This document shows, one piece after another, positions 1-15,214 of a stretch of DNA of 64,000 nucleotides. A model generated the notes under the pieces. That model was not told the DNA's origin. It worked only from the letters and a program-made list of their open reading frames with translations, and searched no databases. The first letter of the stretch is position 1; each line of letters starts with the position of its first letter. A program made the position numbers and the translations under genes. The DNA is from Dimorphilus gyrociliatus (taxonomy: Eukaryota > Animalia > Annelida). The stretch spans positions 806,001 through 870,000 of the forward strand of contig CAJFCJ010000014.1 of assembly GCA_904063045.1 (NCBI GenBank). The letters are read 5' to 3'.

Positions 1-84
1 ATCATCACTTATTTTTCTTATTGGATATTATAATTCCTAATCCTAACAGTTCATTTGACTTTTTTTTAAATAAAATTTCAAAAG

Positions 85-1331
85 TTACCTAAAAGAAGAG
101 CCCGCCGCCTCCCTGGACTACAATTCTTTCGAAAGGACCACCGTAAAGTGGCTCCTCTAGCTCAAGCAATGATCGGTCAACCTAATGGAGAGGAATCAAC
201 TTCTGATGATGACATTGAGGCCAACATCTCATCTCATAGGCCTCTCCCGTATGCGCAGGTGACGGCACGACAAAAAAAGCACTATTCCCTGCCACGCCAT
301 CTAGCGCTATAGCAATTTGTTTTGTTTTTAGTTACAAATCATTTCAGGCTAACTTGATTGATATGTTTGTGATGTTCCAATAATAGCTTATCACTCCTAA
401 TAATTATTAATATGTCTCATCAAAGTGTTTGCATCTGCAACGATAAAATAATTAAAACATAATGATCTTCTTAAGGCTCTTTCGATTGAGTGTCATTAAA
501 TTAATCATTTTCGTTGATTTTGCAGGTGTCATCTGATGACGTTTCAAAAAGGATCGAAGGAACTCTTGGAGGGGGAGGTCGTATGCTGTACACTACTCAT
601 CATCAACCTCTAAAACCGATCCAAAGAGAGAATAAGAACAAATCAATCACCGATCCTCAATGGCGTTTAGCCCTGGCGCCTCAAATGAACGATTCCATTC
701 GTTTACGACCAAAAGGAAGAGACAAAGATTTGGAAATTCATAGAAAGACATCTAGTCATGGATCAAGAAAGGAATCTGGCGTAAGTTCTAATTGTAAGTA
801 TTATTTTGAGCGCGTACCAGCTTGATTTTGTCAACGCTATAGCTGGAAAAAGTTATGCCGTTTATGATTTCTTTTTGTTATTATTTAGTTTACGGATTAG
901 AATTCTTCCCTTATTATTAGGACTGTATAAATATAATATATAAAAAAGAACAGTTATTTCTGTTGAACAGCTTACAGACTTATTTAATACGGTTTTGTCA
1001 AAGATTATTGATTTCTATTAAAGCCTAGAATATTTTGTATTTATCTATCTCTCCCTCAAAGATATTCTATCTGCTAAGGATTAATAGAACTCTTTTTGTG
1101 ATTTTAGCGAAAACGCCCAGAATTTCTAGTGGACCGTCAGCACCTGCGATAACTCATTCGTTCTTAACTGCAGCTCCTCATGTGCTCTGCGATTCTGCAT
1201 TGTCGGTCGTCTCGGCTCCCGCGCCGGTAATGATGAGACCTGATCAAGTAACGCCTCCTCCAATAGACGCTTTTCGTCAGAAGAGGCACGCTATCAGGCA
1301 AATCGACCAACAAGTCATCGCTTATAGGTGA
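85..1331 (+). CDS. 3' part of an unidentified multi-exon gene (5'-partial)
   Basis: Open exons bounded by AG/GT at 85-258 (LPKRRARRLPGLQFFRKDHRKVAPL...) and 526-780, a possible micro-exon at about 821-851, and a last exon at about 1108-1331 (...AFRQKRHAIRQIDQQVIAYR*). No recognisable domain; the junction phase into the last exon is uncertain. Confidence 0.55.
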
Positions 1332-1986
1332 TAGTTACCTCCAGTTTTCTTTCTTATAGATTTATTGTGATGATGGACAAAAAATCCAAGCAACAACAAA
1401 ACAACAAAAACTCTTTTCCGTCCAGCATTTTTTCAAAAATAATACAGAAAAAAATCTCTCAATAATCTATACTTCTTTGATATAATATAATACTCATATT
1501 ATATAAATTTATTGTACTGATATTTATACTTTTTTCCCCTGCCAATCGTTTATTCTCACTTTTAATCGATCTTTTCCTTCTCTCTTCCTCTCTTTTCTCT
1601 CTTTTTCTTTCTTTCTTTTCATGAAAATCGCAAATGAAGGCTTTTTTTATTTTATTACAAAAAAAACAGAGAAGAATGACTGATGACTTTATACATCAAC
1701 TTTACTAATAATGCATGATTTCTTATTAGAGATTCAATAAACTATTTATACTTGTAAAAATATTGCGCCGTTAACTGGTGTTGAATATTTCGTTTCGCGA
1801 TAACCTTGACCTTTAACAGATTTCGCAAAAAGTAAAATGAAATAACTATCCATGATTTTTTTACCACAAACGTATTATTATTTTGAATGTTATCTATATT
1901 GTTGATTAAAGAAAACTAAGGAAAAATCAAAAGCATTTACTCTTAATTTAAGAATACGGATTATTTATGAACAATATTTAATAACA

Positions 1987-3944
1987 ATGTTGAAATATTG
2001 CATTATAAATGCTAAAAAGATAATACCTATATCTTTGGCAACATCTGGAGTATTTTATTGCTGTGATAAAAAATTTGATGGAAAAGCGTCTAGTGCTTTT
2101 CTAAGAATGGGTAGAGCTGTTTCAACAGTAAGATTAAAATTTAAATTAATTGTCGAATCCTTATTTTAGTTTTTTTTCCCTCCTTTAACAACCTAATCAA
2201 TTTGAAAAGGTTTCGGCTATTGTATTTGATTATAAATTAGCGTTAAGAAAGTTAGATGAGAGTTCAGACGTTTATAGAGACGTAAAATCTAGAGTCCATT
2301 CAAGAGCAGCTGTTAGATTAAAGGAACTTTGTAAAAAGAACGGAGGGGTGTACATTAAAGTTGGACAACATCTCAGTTCTCTCGACTATCTGCTACCTCG
2401 AGAATATACGTCATGCTTAAAAGAGTTACTTAGTAAAGCCCCAGTCTCACCAATTGAAGAAGTATTCGCCGTAATAGAAGAGGACCTTAACGATAAGGTA
2501 ATATAACAAAAAAAAATCTATATTGACAAACGGAATATATCCGATATCTTATCAAAAGGTAGAGAATATCTTTCAAGAGTTTAGCGAAGAGCCAATAGGA
2601 GCGGCTAGTTTGGCTCAAGTTCATAAGGCTAAATTAAAGAATACAGGAGATCTTGTGGCTGTTAAAGTTCAACATAAAGTTGTAAAGCAAAATTCAGATA
2701 TTGATATATTAACTATGGAAGTAAGTTAGATAAAAAAATTTGAATAAATTGTTTTTATAACCCGTTTTCTTTACTAGATTTTAGTAACTTTAGTAGGTAA
2801 AACATTCCCGGAATTTTCTTTTATGTGGCTAGTCGAAGAAACAAAGAAGAATTTACCTAAAGAATTAGATTTTATTCACGAAGGAAAAAATTGCGAAAAA
2901 GTTGAAAAAATGTTTAAACATTTAAAATTTCTTAAAGTTCCAAAAGTTTATTGGAAGTTTAGCAGTCATAGAATATTAACGATGGAATATTGCGAAGGAA
3001 ATCAAATTGACGATACCGCCTACGCTATTAAAAATCAAATAAATATACGTAAAGTATGCTAAAAAATACAATGAAATATACAATAATTTAGTGTGTTTTG
3101 TTAACTTTTCATAGACAATTAGCTATTTAACTCAGTTATACGGAGAAATGATTTATGAGAAAGGTTTCATTCATTGCGATCCTCATCCTGGAAATATTCT
3201 TATTAGAGGAAAAGGAAGAAATGATGTTGAATTAGTTCTATTAGATCATGGTTTATATCAGGTGGGAATTTATGTTAAATATGATAATAGATTTCATCTA
3301 TATCTAGTTCTTTTTTATTTAGACGCTAACCGAAGATTTTCGCATCGAGTATTCAAGGCTGTGGTTATCGTTAATGAAATCGGATATCGAAAGCATAAAA
3401 AAGCACGCAAATTTTCTCGGAGTTGGTCATCTTTATGGTTTGCTGGCTACTATGGTTACTTCTAGATCATGGGAGGCAGTTTCCGGAGGGATATCGAAAA
3501 AGGCTTTCGATCAAAACGAGGCAATTAAAGAGTCAATTATAATCTAAAAATACTCAAAAATTTACATTTTTTCAGGAAGAGTATATTCGATTACATGCTG
3601 GAAAATTTATAACCGAAATAGCCGAAGTTTTAGCAACCGTACCACGTCAAATGCTTCTAGTATTGAAAACAAACGACCTTATTCGAAGTATAGAGTATAC
3701 TCATAATATGAGATCCGATCCGAGAAATCTTCTAAAAGTTGCTGAGAGTTGTACTAATGCAGTATATCGCTATGAAAAGGAAAAATCTTCCAAGTTTACC
3801 TATCTGTTTCTTTCTTTTGCTCATTCTATTGCTATTATGAAATTGGGTTTCTATTCCCATTTAATGTCGTTATCTCGAATTGGTTTGAGATATTTTCATT
3901 TCTTTAGGCGTTTATTCAGTAGCTCACAGTTGGCTCTGAACTAG
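1987..3944 (+). CDS. ADCK1: aarF domain-containing kinase 1 (UbiB/ABC1 atypical kinase)
   Basis: Spliced exons give YIKVGQHL, GAASLAQVHKA, VAVKVQH, LPKELDFIHEG, FIHCDPHPGN, LLDHGLY and MLLVLKTNDL, all matching ADCK1. Introns are short GT-AG. Confidence 0.93.
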
Positions 3945-4364
3945 TTTATTCGTTATTGATCCACTCTTAATTCAGTCTTAATAATAAATTACGAAATACA
4001 CTTATACACTTTGTTCAACAATCTCAAAGAAATTCAAAAGAGTTTTTGAAAATCTTCAAGCGTCTCTCAAGTTAAAAATACAATGTATAAGATACTTAAT
4101 ATTTCGATAATTTATTGTTATTCTTTCTCTAGCAATTTACAGCTCTTGACTATATATTTTTACACAATATTAGGTCTAAATTTAAGACACAACTCTGCAA
4201 TTAAAATGTTAGATGTAGAGTAAATTAAAGATAACAATTTTGTCTTAACCAAACATATACTGTTTCTTTTATGTATTATTTACAATAATGAATTCAAATT
4301 ATCAATTAACATACAAAAACATTTTATAAATGATCCGAAACAAATTTGCTTCTCTTCTCTCTAT

Positions 4365-7022
<2,658 letters not shown>

Positions 7023-7416
7023 GTTTCTCCTTTAGATTTATCGACTGAAATCAATTTAATCCGAATATCACTTATAAATCTACGAAATTAAATGGTATTC
7101 TGATGTTTTTTTCAAAACTTATGATCTTATAGCAACAAAGTGAATTAAAAGGGATCTGACTGCATAATTCTTATACTTCTACTATATATACTTTACTTAC
7201 CTTCAAAAAACGATTCAAAAACGTTTAACGTTAGAATGACGCTGCAAGCTGGCAATATGGCTGTTCAAAGTAAAAACATTTATTATTGGATATTTGAAGA
7301 ATATATTAGATTTTTAACCTATCACCAACGCGTTAATAAACAAGACTTTTTAAGATGGTAATCTATTCCATTTAAATGTAAAAATTTGAAAAAGGAATGA
7401 GCACCCCCCTATATAC

Positions 7417-7446
7417 TCACGTGACTATTAATGCATAGTCATGTGA
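7417..7446. promoter_or_regulatory. Paired bHLH-ZIP sites TCACGTGA + TCATGTGA upstream of DDX39
   Basis: TCACGTGA at 7417-7424 and TCATGTGA at 7439-7446, 22 bp start-to-start. The same arrangement recurs at 9386-9415. Confidence 0.55.
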
Positions 7447-7951
7447 TTTCTTTTGTAAACCTCTAAAGAATATTAAAAACTATTTCACTAGTTTATCTTA
7501 AACATAAATGTATTAGGCTTTATTTTACAAAAAGAATAATGAATGTTGTTCAGAGGAATTTTTTTGTGCACCTCTTGTTCTTTGTTCGAATAAAATAATA
7601 ACTGAATATTAATACAGTAAACTGACATAGAATTTAAGTTTAATTAAGTGTCCTAAAAGTAGGTCTACGTTTATCAAAGCCGGATTAGTACCATCTATAA
7701 TATACGACATATGAAATAATATGCAGTTACGTATCAAACAAAATGATAAACGAGTAGTTTGTTGTGTTTATAGCAAATACCATATTTACCATTCTCTTGT
7801 GTAAATGAACACTAGAGCTTCTTCATTAAAAGTTTTATTTCTTATAATAGTTGTACATTACAAAGTAAAATTAGTAACCTACAGTAAAAAAGCTGCAAAT
7901 AAAGACAAAAGATTCAATTTAAGATCATTTCCGTTTCTATTTTGTAATTAT

Positions 7952-8850
7952 TTATTCAAGTTTGTTATTGTATTTGATGTATTTTTCACATAGAGACTGA
8001 AGATCTTCTGTTATTACTGGGGTGAAGGACATAATTTGTTGCCGCTTAGGTATCAAACGAAGGATTTTCTGAATAGCCGCTCTAAAGTCTATTTAAGTCA
8101 TCTAACTATTGACAAAGTTAATTGTATTATTAATAATTTTACCTATTACTAAAAGAAGATCATGACATTCATCCAGTATAAAATGTTCTACGCTATGTAA
8201 ATGTAATATTCCTCTTTGAACAAGCGCCCACAAACGGCCAGGAGTTCCAACAACAATATGTGGTTTATTCTCCATAATTTTCTCTTCATCATTCTTCAAT
8301 GGTTTTCCGCCACATATATATGAAACCCGAATTCCATCCATAAACTTACAAAAGCGTTCGTATTCTCTGCTCACTTGAAATGCCAACTCTCTCGTATGAC
8401 ACAAAACTAGTATGGAAATCTAGTATTGATTTAAAATCATTTATATTTTTTTATACAATTGCAACATTCGAAATTGTTTTCCTACTTGATTATCTTTAGG
8501 ATTTAAGTGTTGAAGTGTTGATAAAATGTATATGATAGTTTTTCCCGTACCAGCTCTAGATGTACAGACGAAACTCTCTCCTGAAATTGCTTTAGGAATA
8601 AACTCCATCTGAACTGTACAAAATTATAGTTGTAATAGTTTAAAAACATATTATAGTATAGACGTTCGTTTGTACTTTTACTAGGGTATTTGATTTCTAA
8701 CTTATCCATTGCTTGTAGAAGTTCTGGTTTGAGATTAAACGCCGTAAAGTCCTTTTTCGTTGTCTGATTATCCTTTGCCTTCTGATTGCCTTGATGATCA
8801 TTTTGGGAATCTATGCAAATTTCTCCCATCTCAGTGTTGCTTTCAGCCAT
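7952..8850 (-). CDS. Truncated DDX39/UAP56 paralog encoding only the N-terminal RecA/DEAD domain (238 aa)
   Basis: Four exons (8676-8850, 8486-8613, 8143-8419, 7952-8088) splice without stops. Internal exons are 128 and 277 nt, identical to DDX39. Q motif, AGTGKT, HTRELA and GTPGR are present; DECD is DECH and SAT is TPV; stop follows YIKYNNKLE. Confidence 0.85.
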
Positions 8851-9382
8851 CTCTTTGGTAATTTAGGTTGTTGACGAATAGTTAGTCAGTTCAAGAATAA
8901 GTCTTTTAAAACTAGTAGAACTACTTTAAAGCGATAAACGTTTAACGAACGTTTTGATCAGGATTAATATCGCCATATTATTACGCAATCTATGAGAAAT
9001 ATTTATATTAAATCATGAGTCGGCAAGAAATATGTCAGTCAATTATCATACTAAATAAAATAAATAATTGTTACACTTTGGTCAATTCCTACTACCATTT
9101 AACGTTCTTTTTCTTGGAATGCATCACATGATGTATTTCATTGCATAAAACTTGTTTATAGCTTGTTATATAAAAAAAAGTAGATTAATTGGAAGTTTAA
9201 ATGGAATTAAATCAAGAAATGGGCCCAATTAATTTATTCGAACTAAATATAGCAAAGAGTTTAGATCTTTTAAGGTTTGTAAAGAGTTTTTGCTGATGTT
9301 ATTGTATTAATGTGGTTCCGTATTGTATTGATATAGCGTAGCGGAGAAATATTTGAAGAGGAGCAAGCTTTGCTGACGACAC

Positions 9383-9415
9383 AAGTCACGTGACTTAAGA
9401 TATCTTGTCATGTGA
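9383..9415. promoter_or_regulatory. Palindromic E-box (AAGTCACGTGACTT) plus TCATGTGA in the divergent promoter of the DDX39 paralog and bublin
   Basis: Perfect 14-bp palindrome at 9383-9396 (CLEAR/USF-type GTCACGTGAC) and an M-box-like TCATGTGA at 9408-9415, about 100 bp upstream of the bublin ATG. Confidence 0.6.
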
Positions 9416-9495
9416 TGAGAGTATGATAAATCCCCTTAGAAAAGCATATGGTTTATATTGAACAAGAAAACAGTCTTATTTTGAACCCCGAAATC

Positions 9496-10424
9496 ATGGA
9501 GCAATACGAAAATGGTATATTTAAAATCCATATATTTATTAAACATAAAATAGCAGTTTGATTTTAATTCTATAATCCTAAAATTTCTAGAATAACAAAT
9601 TAGTAGTTATAGTAATTTTTATTTGTTTTTTTTCTATTATGATATGATCTATTTTAATGAAAAAAAGGATAGAAAAACAAAAAAAAACAAACAAAATATA
9701 ATAAATTCTGACAATTCAATCCTTTTTGCCTAAGGACAGAGTATTTTGTCTATTATAATCACAGCACGACCATAATAACAAGGAATACACAACTCTGTCA
9801 ATTCCAGTAGAGTAATCCTATGAATAAACACATAGGGAAAAGGATAAAAGATTATAATGGAAAAACAGAGACATAAATGTAAATATTTCCAGCAGAAATG
9901 AAAGAGTATAATATCTCTTTTTCTATTTTAAAGAGGCTCTAGCTTTAGTCAACAAGAGTAGGATAAAATTTCAGATTGAAAATCTCTTTAATAATTAAAC
10001 CGGAAATGCACTCTTGAAAGACAGATAAACAATTATATTTACCATTTTCGCAACTTTTATTATGATCTGGCAGAGATTTATTAGTATAGTTTATTCTATT
10101 AATGGAAATAGTACAAATTGCAAATTAGGTCTTTATTCATTTTATGACTAGTAATGGAATAGCATTTAATGTTACTTACTTTACTTATCTGTAGAATACA
10201 ACGAATTAAATTCAACATTGGACGCCATTAATAATATGATGGATAATTTGGAGGCGAGAAACGACAATCTGGCTGACAAACTTCGAAGTCTATTAGATTC
10301 TAATAGGGCTATGAGAACTGAATTACAATCTCAAACAAATGAAAATAACACGCAATCTAATAATTCCGCAGAAAGATCAAATGAAAATGATAATCAAGAT
10401 TCGAATTCAACAAAGAAAAACTAG
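9496..10424 (+). CDS. BBLN: Bublin coiled-coil protein (UPF0184/C9orf16 family)
   Basis: Exon 9496-9514 (MEQYEN) plus exon 10195-10424 gives EYNELNSTLDAINNMMDNLEARNDNLADKLRSLLDSNRAMRTEL, matching the UPF0184 pattern (INSxLDxINSxLDxLExxNDxLxxxLxxLLxSNR). Confidence 0.85.
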
Positions 10425-11466
10425 AAGCAATAGCTTTTTCAGCTAAAAACACTATAATAATTTTTTCTTAGAAGAACAGAAGTGTTGTCTTGTAAATATA
10501 TATATATATATATATATATAAACATATTAGTATATATTTAATGTATATTAATAGAATTATTGTATATATCTATCGTTTTCTCCATTTCCTACTCTCTAGT
10601 CAATACATTGAAGAAGAAATAATTGAATATATGAAGAAGAGTTTAGATAGAATCGCTTAAGTTTCTAGGAAATGTCAAAAATATACAGGAACTCACGTTA
10701 ACAGTCTTATAATTAGTTGACGCCTTAATCTGATTAAAGAAATCACTAGAGAACAAACAAGTCTAAGAGCTTTATTTATAACTCCTATGAGATTTAGCCT
10801 AAGGAAAGATGACGTGGATATTGAAATAAAGCATGTAGTGTTTATATATAGTTTACATCCTTAATTTTGCCTTCTTTTCCATTACTTGCTCTTTCTAATT
10901 AGTATCAAGAATAACTCCTTACACCCTCTAAAACGTATAAAATTTTACTTTAAAGGTGTACAGGAAATATATAATTGTCATATAAACTCCCTCCACGTAT
11001 ACATTTATTGTAACTAGATTCTTATTCTTAGTTCTCCAATCCTTCGAACTAGGTTAATCAAAGGATTCCCCTTAATTACTATTTCGTCAATCTTGGTTAT
11101 TGTTTGTATGCAAATAAAAGAAAGAAGAACGGAGACGGGGGAGGTGAGGAGAAAGAAGAAGTGAGAGATTATTACACCTATCGAGTTCGGTTACTACTTG
11201 AGGTTAAGAGCATTTGTTACACATGTGTGAATTTTTTGCCCGTAAATCCGTCAGTTTCTTCTGATGCACTCCTAATCGATTTTACGGCTTTTCTCTCTTT
11301 TCTTTTATCTAAAATAAAATGAAAACAGTATCTTAAGAAGGTAAAGAACATTTATAAATTACAATAAATAGTGTTTTTTATTTGTAAAACAAATGTAATA
11401 GTTTACCTACCTCTTTTATGTTGCTTATATTAAACTTTATTAAACGTTAGTTCGTTTCTTATTGGT

Positions 11467-11599
11467 AGGCCTACGCTTGCGAACGATCACGTGACAAGAG
11501 TGCAGATTATCATTCTGTGTCGAGCTTCTATCCTCGCCTTAGTCGCTATGGACCTTTCGATTGTTTAATACTTATCGATAATTATTGTCTTTTTACTTG
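11467..11599 (+). promoter_or_regulatory. Putative promoter and non-coding first exon, probably of GPCR 1
   Basis: AGGCCTAC (11467) and ATCACGTGAC (11486-11495) followed by a strong GTGAGT donor at 11600. The next clear acceptor is ttttatgcAG at 13363, just before the GPCR ATG. Confidence 0.4.
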
Positions 11600-13376
11600 G
11601 TGAGTAAAATGACCCTTTTCTTTTTTTTAACGTAATTAACTTTCCTTTTTCTTTAGTCCTTTTATTTTTTAAGTAAAATGTAAAGATAAAAAAGTTTTTT
11701 CTCTTTTTTCTCTCTCCTCTTCTCTCCCTTTCAATCTTATCCATTGAAAATAAACAAGCTACAGAGGATAGAAATCTAAATATATTTCAAAATAATGTTT
11801 CTTCTATGAAAAAACGATGCTCTTTGACGTTTTAATAGCATAGATGAATGTATTTCTTTTTTACCTTGTATTATTCATACAAGTTTTTCATCTCTATAAG
11901 TCATACTTTCTTATTCTTCTTCTTTTTCTTCTTCTTTCCTTTTCTAGTTTGAACGAAAAGAGAAAAATAAGATAAAAAAGGCAAGGAAGATAAAATCCCT
12001 GATGTTACTGGCACTGATTTTTCCCACGATTCTTTTTAAATAGGCTTGAGTGTTTTTATTTCGCTTATTCTCCTTTCCAAATCATGTCTAGCTTCCCTAT
12101 TTCTTACTCATCTTTTAGCTGGCCACTTATGCTTCTCTCTTATAGAGCAGTTAAAAAAATATATAAATCAATGGACATTGACCTTCGAAGTCTTCAATTT
12201 CCTATAAACAAGCGTCGACTAGTTTGCCTAACCATTGCCTATTTTTTGCCGTTAATTGGCAATTATAGTTTAAATATAGTGATTTTGAGGTCAGACCACC
12301 CTCCAATTAGAAGTCGTTTTTTCTCTTACTGACGTTTTCCGCTATAATCTACTCTAGCTAACTGTTTTACGTCTAAACAACCTTTTTATATTTTAAAGAA
12401 GCCTATCTTCTCCTAACCTTTATAAGGCTAAAATATAAGTGTTACTTATAACGCTAACAATAAGTTGGCCGTTAATGTTTCCAAGAAGGGAGAAAACTAA
12501 TTTCTTTCAAACCCGTATTTTATAATCCGATGAAATGATGGACAAATTAATGGAAAGTTGCGAAAAAAAGAGACAGAGTAAGAAAGAGCGAAGGGAAGTT
12601 AGAAAGAGAAAGAAAGGGAAAGAGGCGGAATAAGGCGAAACTGATAGACGGATAAGTTAAGAAACTAGGATATAAGGACAGATATAGACAAGCTGAAGAA
12701 GAAAAAGACAGGAAAGAGAACGGTAATAGTAATCAATAAGAGACGCGGGTAGGGTATTATATAGCCGCAAGAATATGTTATTAGCATCCGTTGAGATTCT
12801 GTCACATTGAAAAGTTTATTTACCTTAAAATTGAATTAAAAAAGCATCATAAAGAAAAACATAAGAATATGTTGAAGAAATATAGAAGAAATTCAATCAT
12901 TCAGACTTAATCTACTCTTTTATAAACTTTCCAGTCAAGCAGGAGACATAAATCAGTCTAATTGATTTTTTAACTTCCTAATTATTGAACATAATTGAAA
13001 AATAATATAAATTCTAAATAGACAGGAATAGAAACCAGCATGAAGAAAGAAAAATTTAATACCATAAAAACAGTACAATATAGAACAAGTGTATTAAACC
13101 GGAAGAAGGCTTAGTGGCTTTATTTTTCTTCATTTTTCTCAGCCCCTTAGCAAAAGAAGGGATGAAGTAATTACAAGCCAGGAAAAAATGTGAATTTGTA
13201 CTTTTTTCCTCTCTTCCCTCAGTATTCTTTTGCCGGTATAATCATAGTCTCTCTTTTTCAATCTCTTTCTTACTCGCACACATACTCTCTCTCTCTCTCT
13301 CTCTCTTTCTTCTCGCTCAATCTCTGATTTGCTACTTATTCGCTATACTTCTTTTTTATGCAGTTACTATAACAAG

Positions 13377-14399
13377 ATGCGAAATGATTTGGTTGATGCC
13401 ACAGCAGATGATTTCTCATCGATTCAAACTAATTCGACGAAAGCTCAACCCTTTAAGATTGCTTGGCCAGTTCTAGTCGTATTTTCATTCTTCTTATTAT
13501 TTGGGATAATTGGAAACTTATTAGTTATATATGTTATATGCTCTAGACAACGTCTAAGGAATGTTACAAATTTCCTTTTGTTAAATTTGGCAGCAGCTGA
13601 TGTCTTGTTCCTTGTAATTGGAGGAGGATTTGCAATGATTAATTACCTATTTTATGAATGGCCACTTGGAGGTATCGTTTGTCGATTAACTCATTTTCTT
13701 ATGTTTATGACTTGCTACGTCAGCGTCTATACTTTGGTAGCCGTCACGGCTGTTCGATATTCGATAGTAGTTAATGGTTTACAATTCATGTGTGTTAGGA
13801 CTCGTTGCCAAGGAGCTTTCCTAATAGCTTCCCTTTGGATCATATTCCTCGTCGCAAAAATACCAGTTCTACTTATTCACGATATAAAGAAGCAAGAGGC
13901 AACAGGGCGAATCGAATGTGTTATAATTGGCGCAAAGCAAGGTAGACACTTCTTTACTACCTTTTTCGTTTTCGGATACGCTCTACCACTCTCTGTTATA
14001 GCTTCACTGAATGTTCTTATAGTAAGATACCTGAGGGAAAAAAAAAGAAACTTGAGTAATCATTCGCACGTCTCACCAATTCAAGATAGGACACGCCACG
14101 TGACCAAGACTGTATTAATTGTTGTCATTGTATTCGCAGTCGTATGGTTACCTCTTCATCTTCACCTATTGATAACCTACAGCTACGGTAATGGAACATT
14201 ACCAAACGTTAAATATTATAAAATAATGGTTGTAGTATTTCATTGTTTTTGTTTTTTCTCGCCTGTCTTCAATCCGATTATTTATAATTTTTGTAGCGAA
14301 GAGTTTAGATTAACTTTTAAAGAGGTTGTATTTTGCATAAAAAGCGCTAATATTGATAATCATCCACAAGATCATAATTCTCCGCCCGTCAACGTTTAG
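13377..14399 (+). CDS. Class A GPCR, allatostatin-A/galanin/kisspeptin receptor-like (paralog 1)
   Basis: Single coding exon of 340 aa with seven hydrophobic segments, GNLLV (TM1), NLAAAD (TM2), WPLG..C, ECL2 Cys, WLP (TM6) and NPIIY (TM7). DRY reads VRY. Confidence 0.88.
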   Translation: MRNDLVDATADDFSSIQTNSTKAQPFKIAWPVLVVFSFFLLFGIIGNLLVIYVICSRQRLRNVTNFLLLNLAAADVLFLVIGGGFAMINYLFYEWPLGGIVCRLTHFLMFMTCYVSVYTLVAVTAVRYSIVVNGLQFMCVRTRCQGAFLIASLWIIFLVAKIPVLLIHDIKKQEATGRIECVIIGAKQGRHFFTTFFVFGYALPLSVIASLNVLIVRYLREKKRNLSNHSHVSPIQDRTRHVTKTVLIVVIVFAVVWLPLHLHLLITYSYGNGTLPNVKYYKIMVVVFHCFCFFSPVFNPIIYNFCSEEFRLTFKEVVFCIKSANIDNHPQDHNSPPVNV

Positions 14400-15154
14400 G
14401 AGAGAGAAAATAAACTTAGCTATGAAATATACTTTTGACATGCATATTTATGATTTACCATCTGAGATATTTTGGTACTTGCTCTACTTTTTTCTTTAAA
14501 AAAAAAAAAGACACAAAAACAAACAACAATTGCTATGAAAAGAATATGTAAGCTATTCAAAGAGAATATACTATAAATAAAGCAAACGAAAATTTACTTT
14601 TCATAAAGAGCAATGTAACAAAAGCATAAAAAATAAAACTGTATGGAGGATCAAATTCTTTTTCTTAACATATTCAATGTATACATTGCATTGTCTAACA
14701 AATGAGAACTTGGAACAATAGATTTTTCTTTAATACTTATACACAGAGCAAAAATAGTTTGTAAGCTGTTTGGTTTGATGTTTAAATATTACAAAAATAC
14801 TAGAAATGTATGGTATATAGTGTATATATAGAAATTGTATACGTATGTACATATTGAAAATGATTGTATATGAAAAAAAGCATTAAAAGAAGCGTTGCAA
14901 GAGCACGACGTTAATTTCCTCTCAGCTCAGCTGAACTACTCTGTGGTCTCTTTATTTTAGAATTTTAAACGTTTTAGTTTAGGTATAAAATATGTATATT
15001 TTATTATATTATATCTAATCATATTTTATCCTGGAACAGTTATATCTTATAAACCCCCTCTGCAATTGATAATTAATCTCCGTTTTTCTATACTTATCAA
15101 CTGATGCAAATCTTTCAAGGTATAGGTTATTATAATAAAAATTTTCACGCTGTC

Positions 15155-15158
<4 letters not shown>

Positions 15159-15205
<47 letters not shown>

Positions 15206-15214
15206 TTCTCTCTC
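15159..15214. repeat. (CT)n microsatellite
   Basis: Near-perfect CT dinucleotide run; one of many in the window. Confidence 0.9.
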
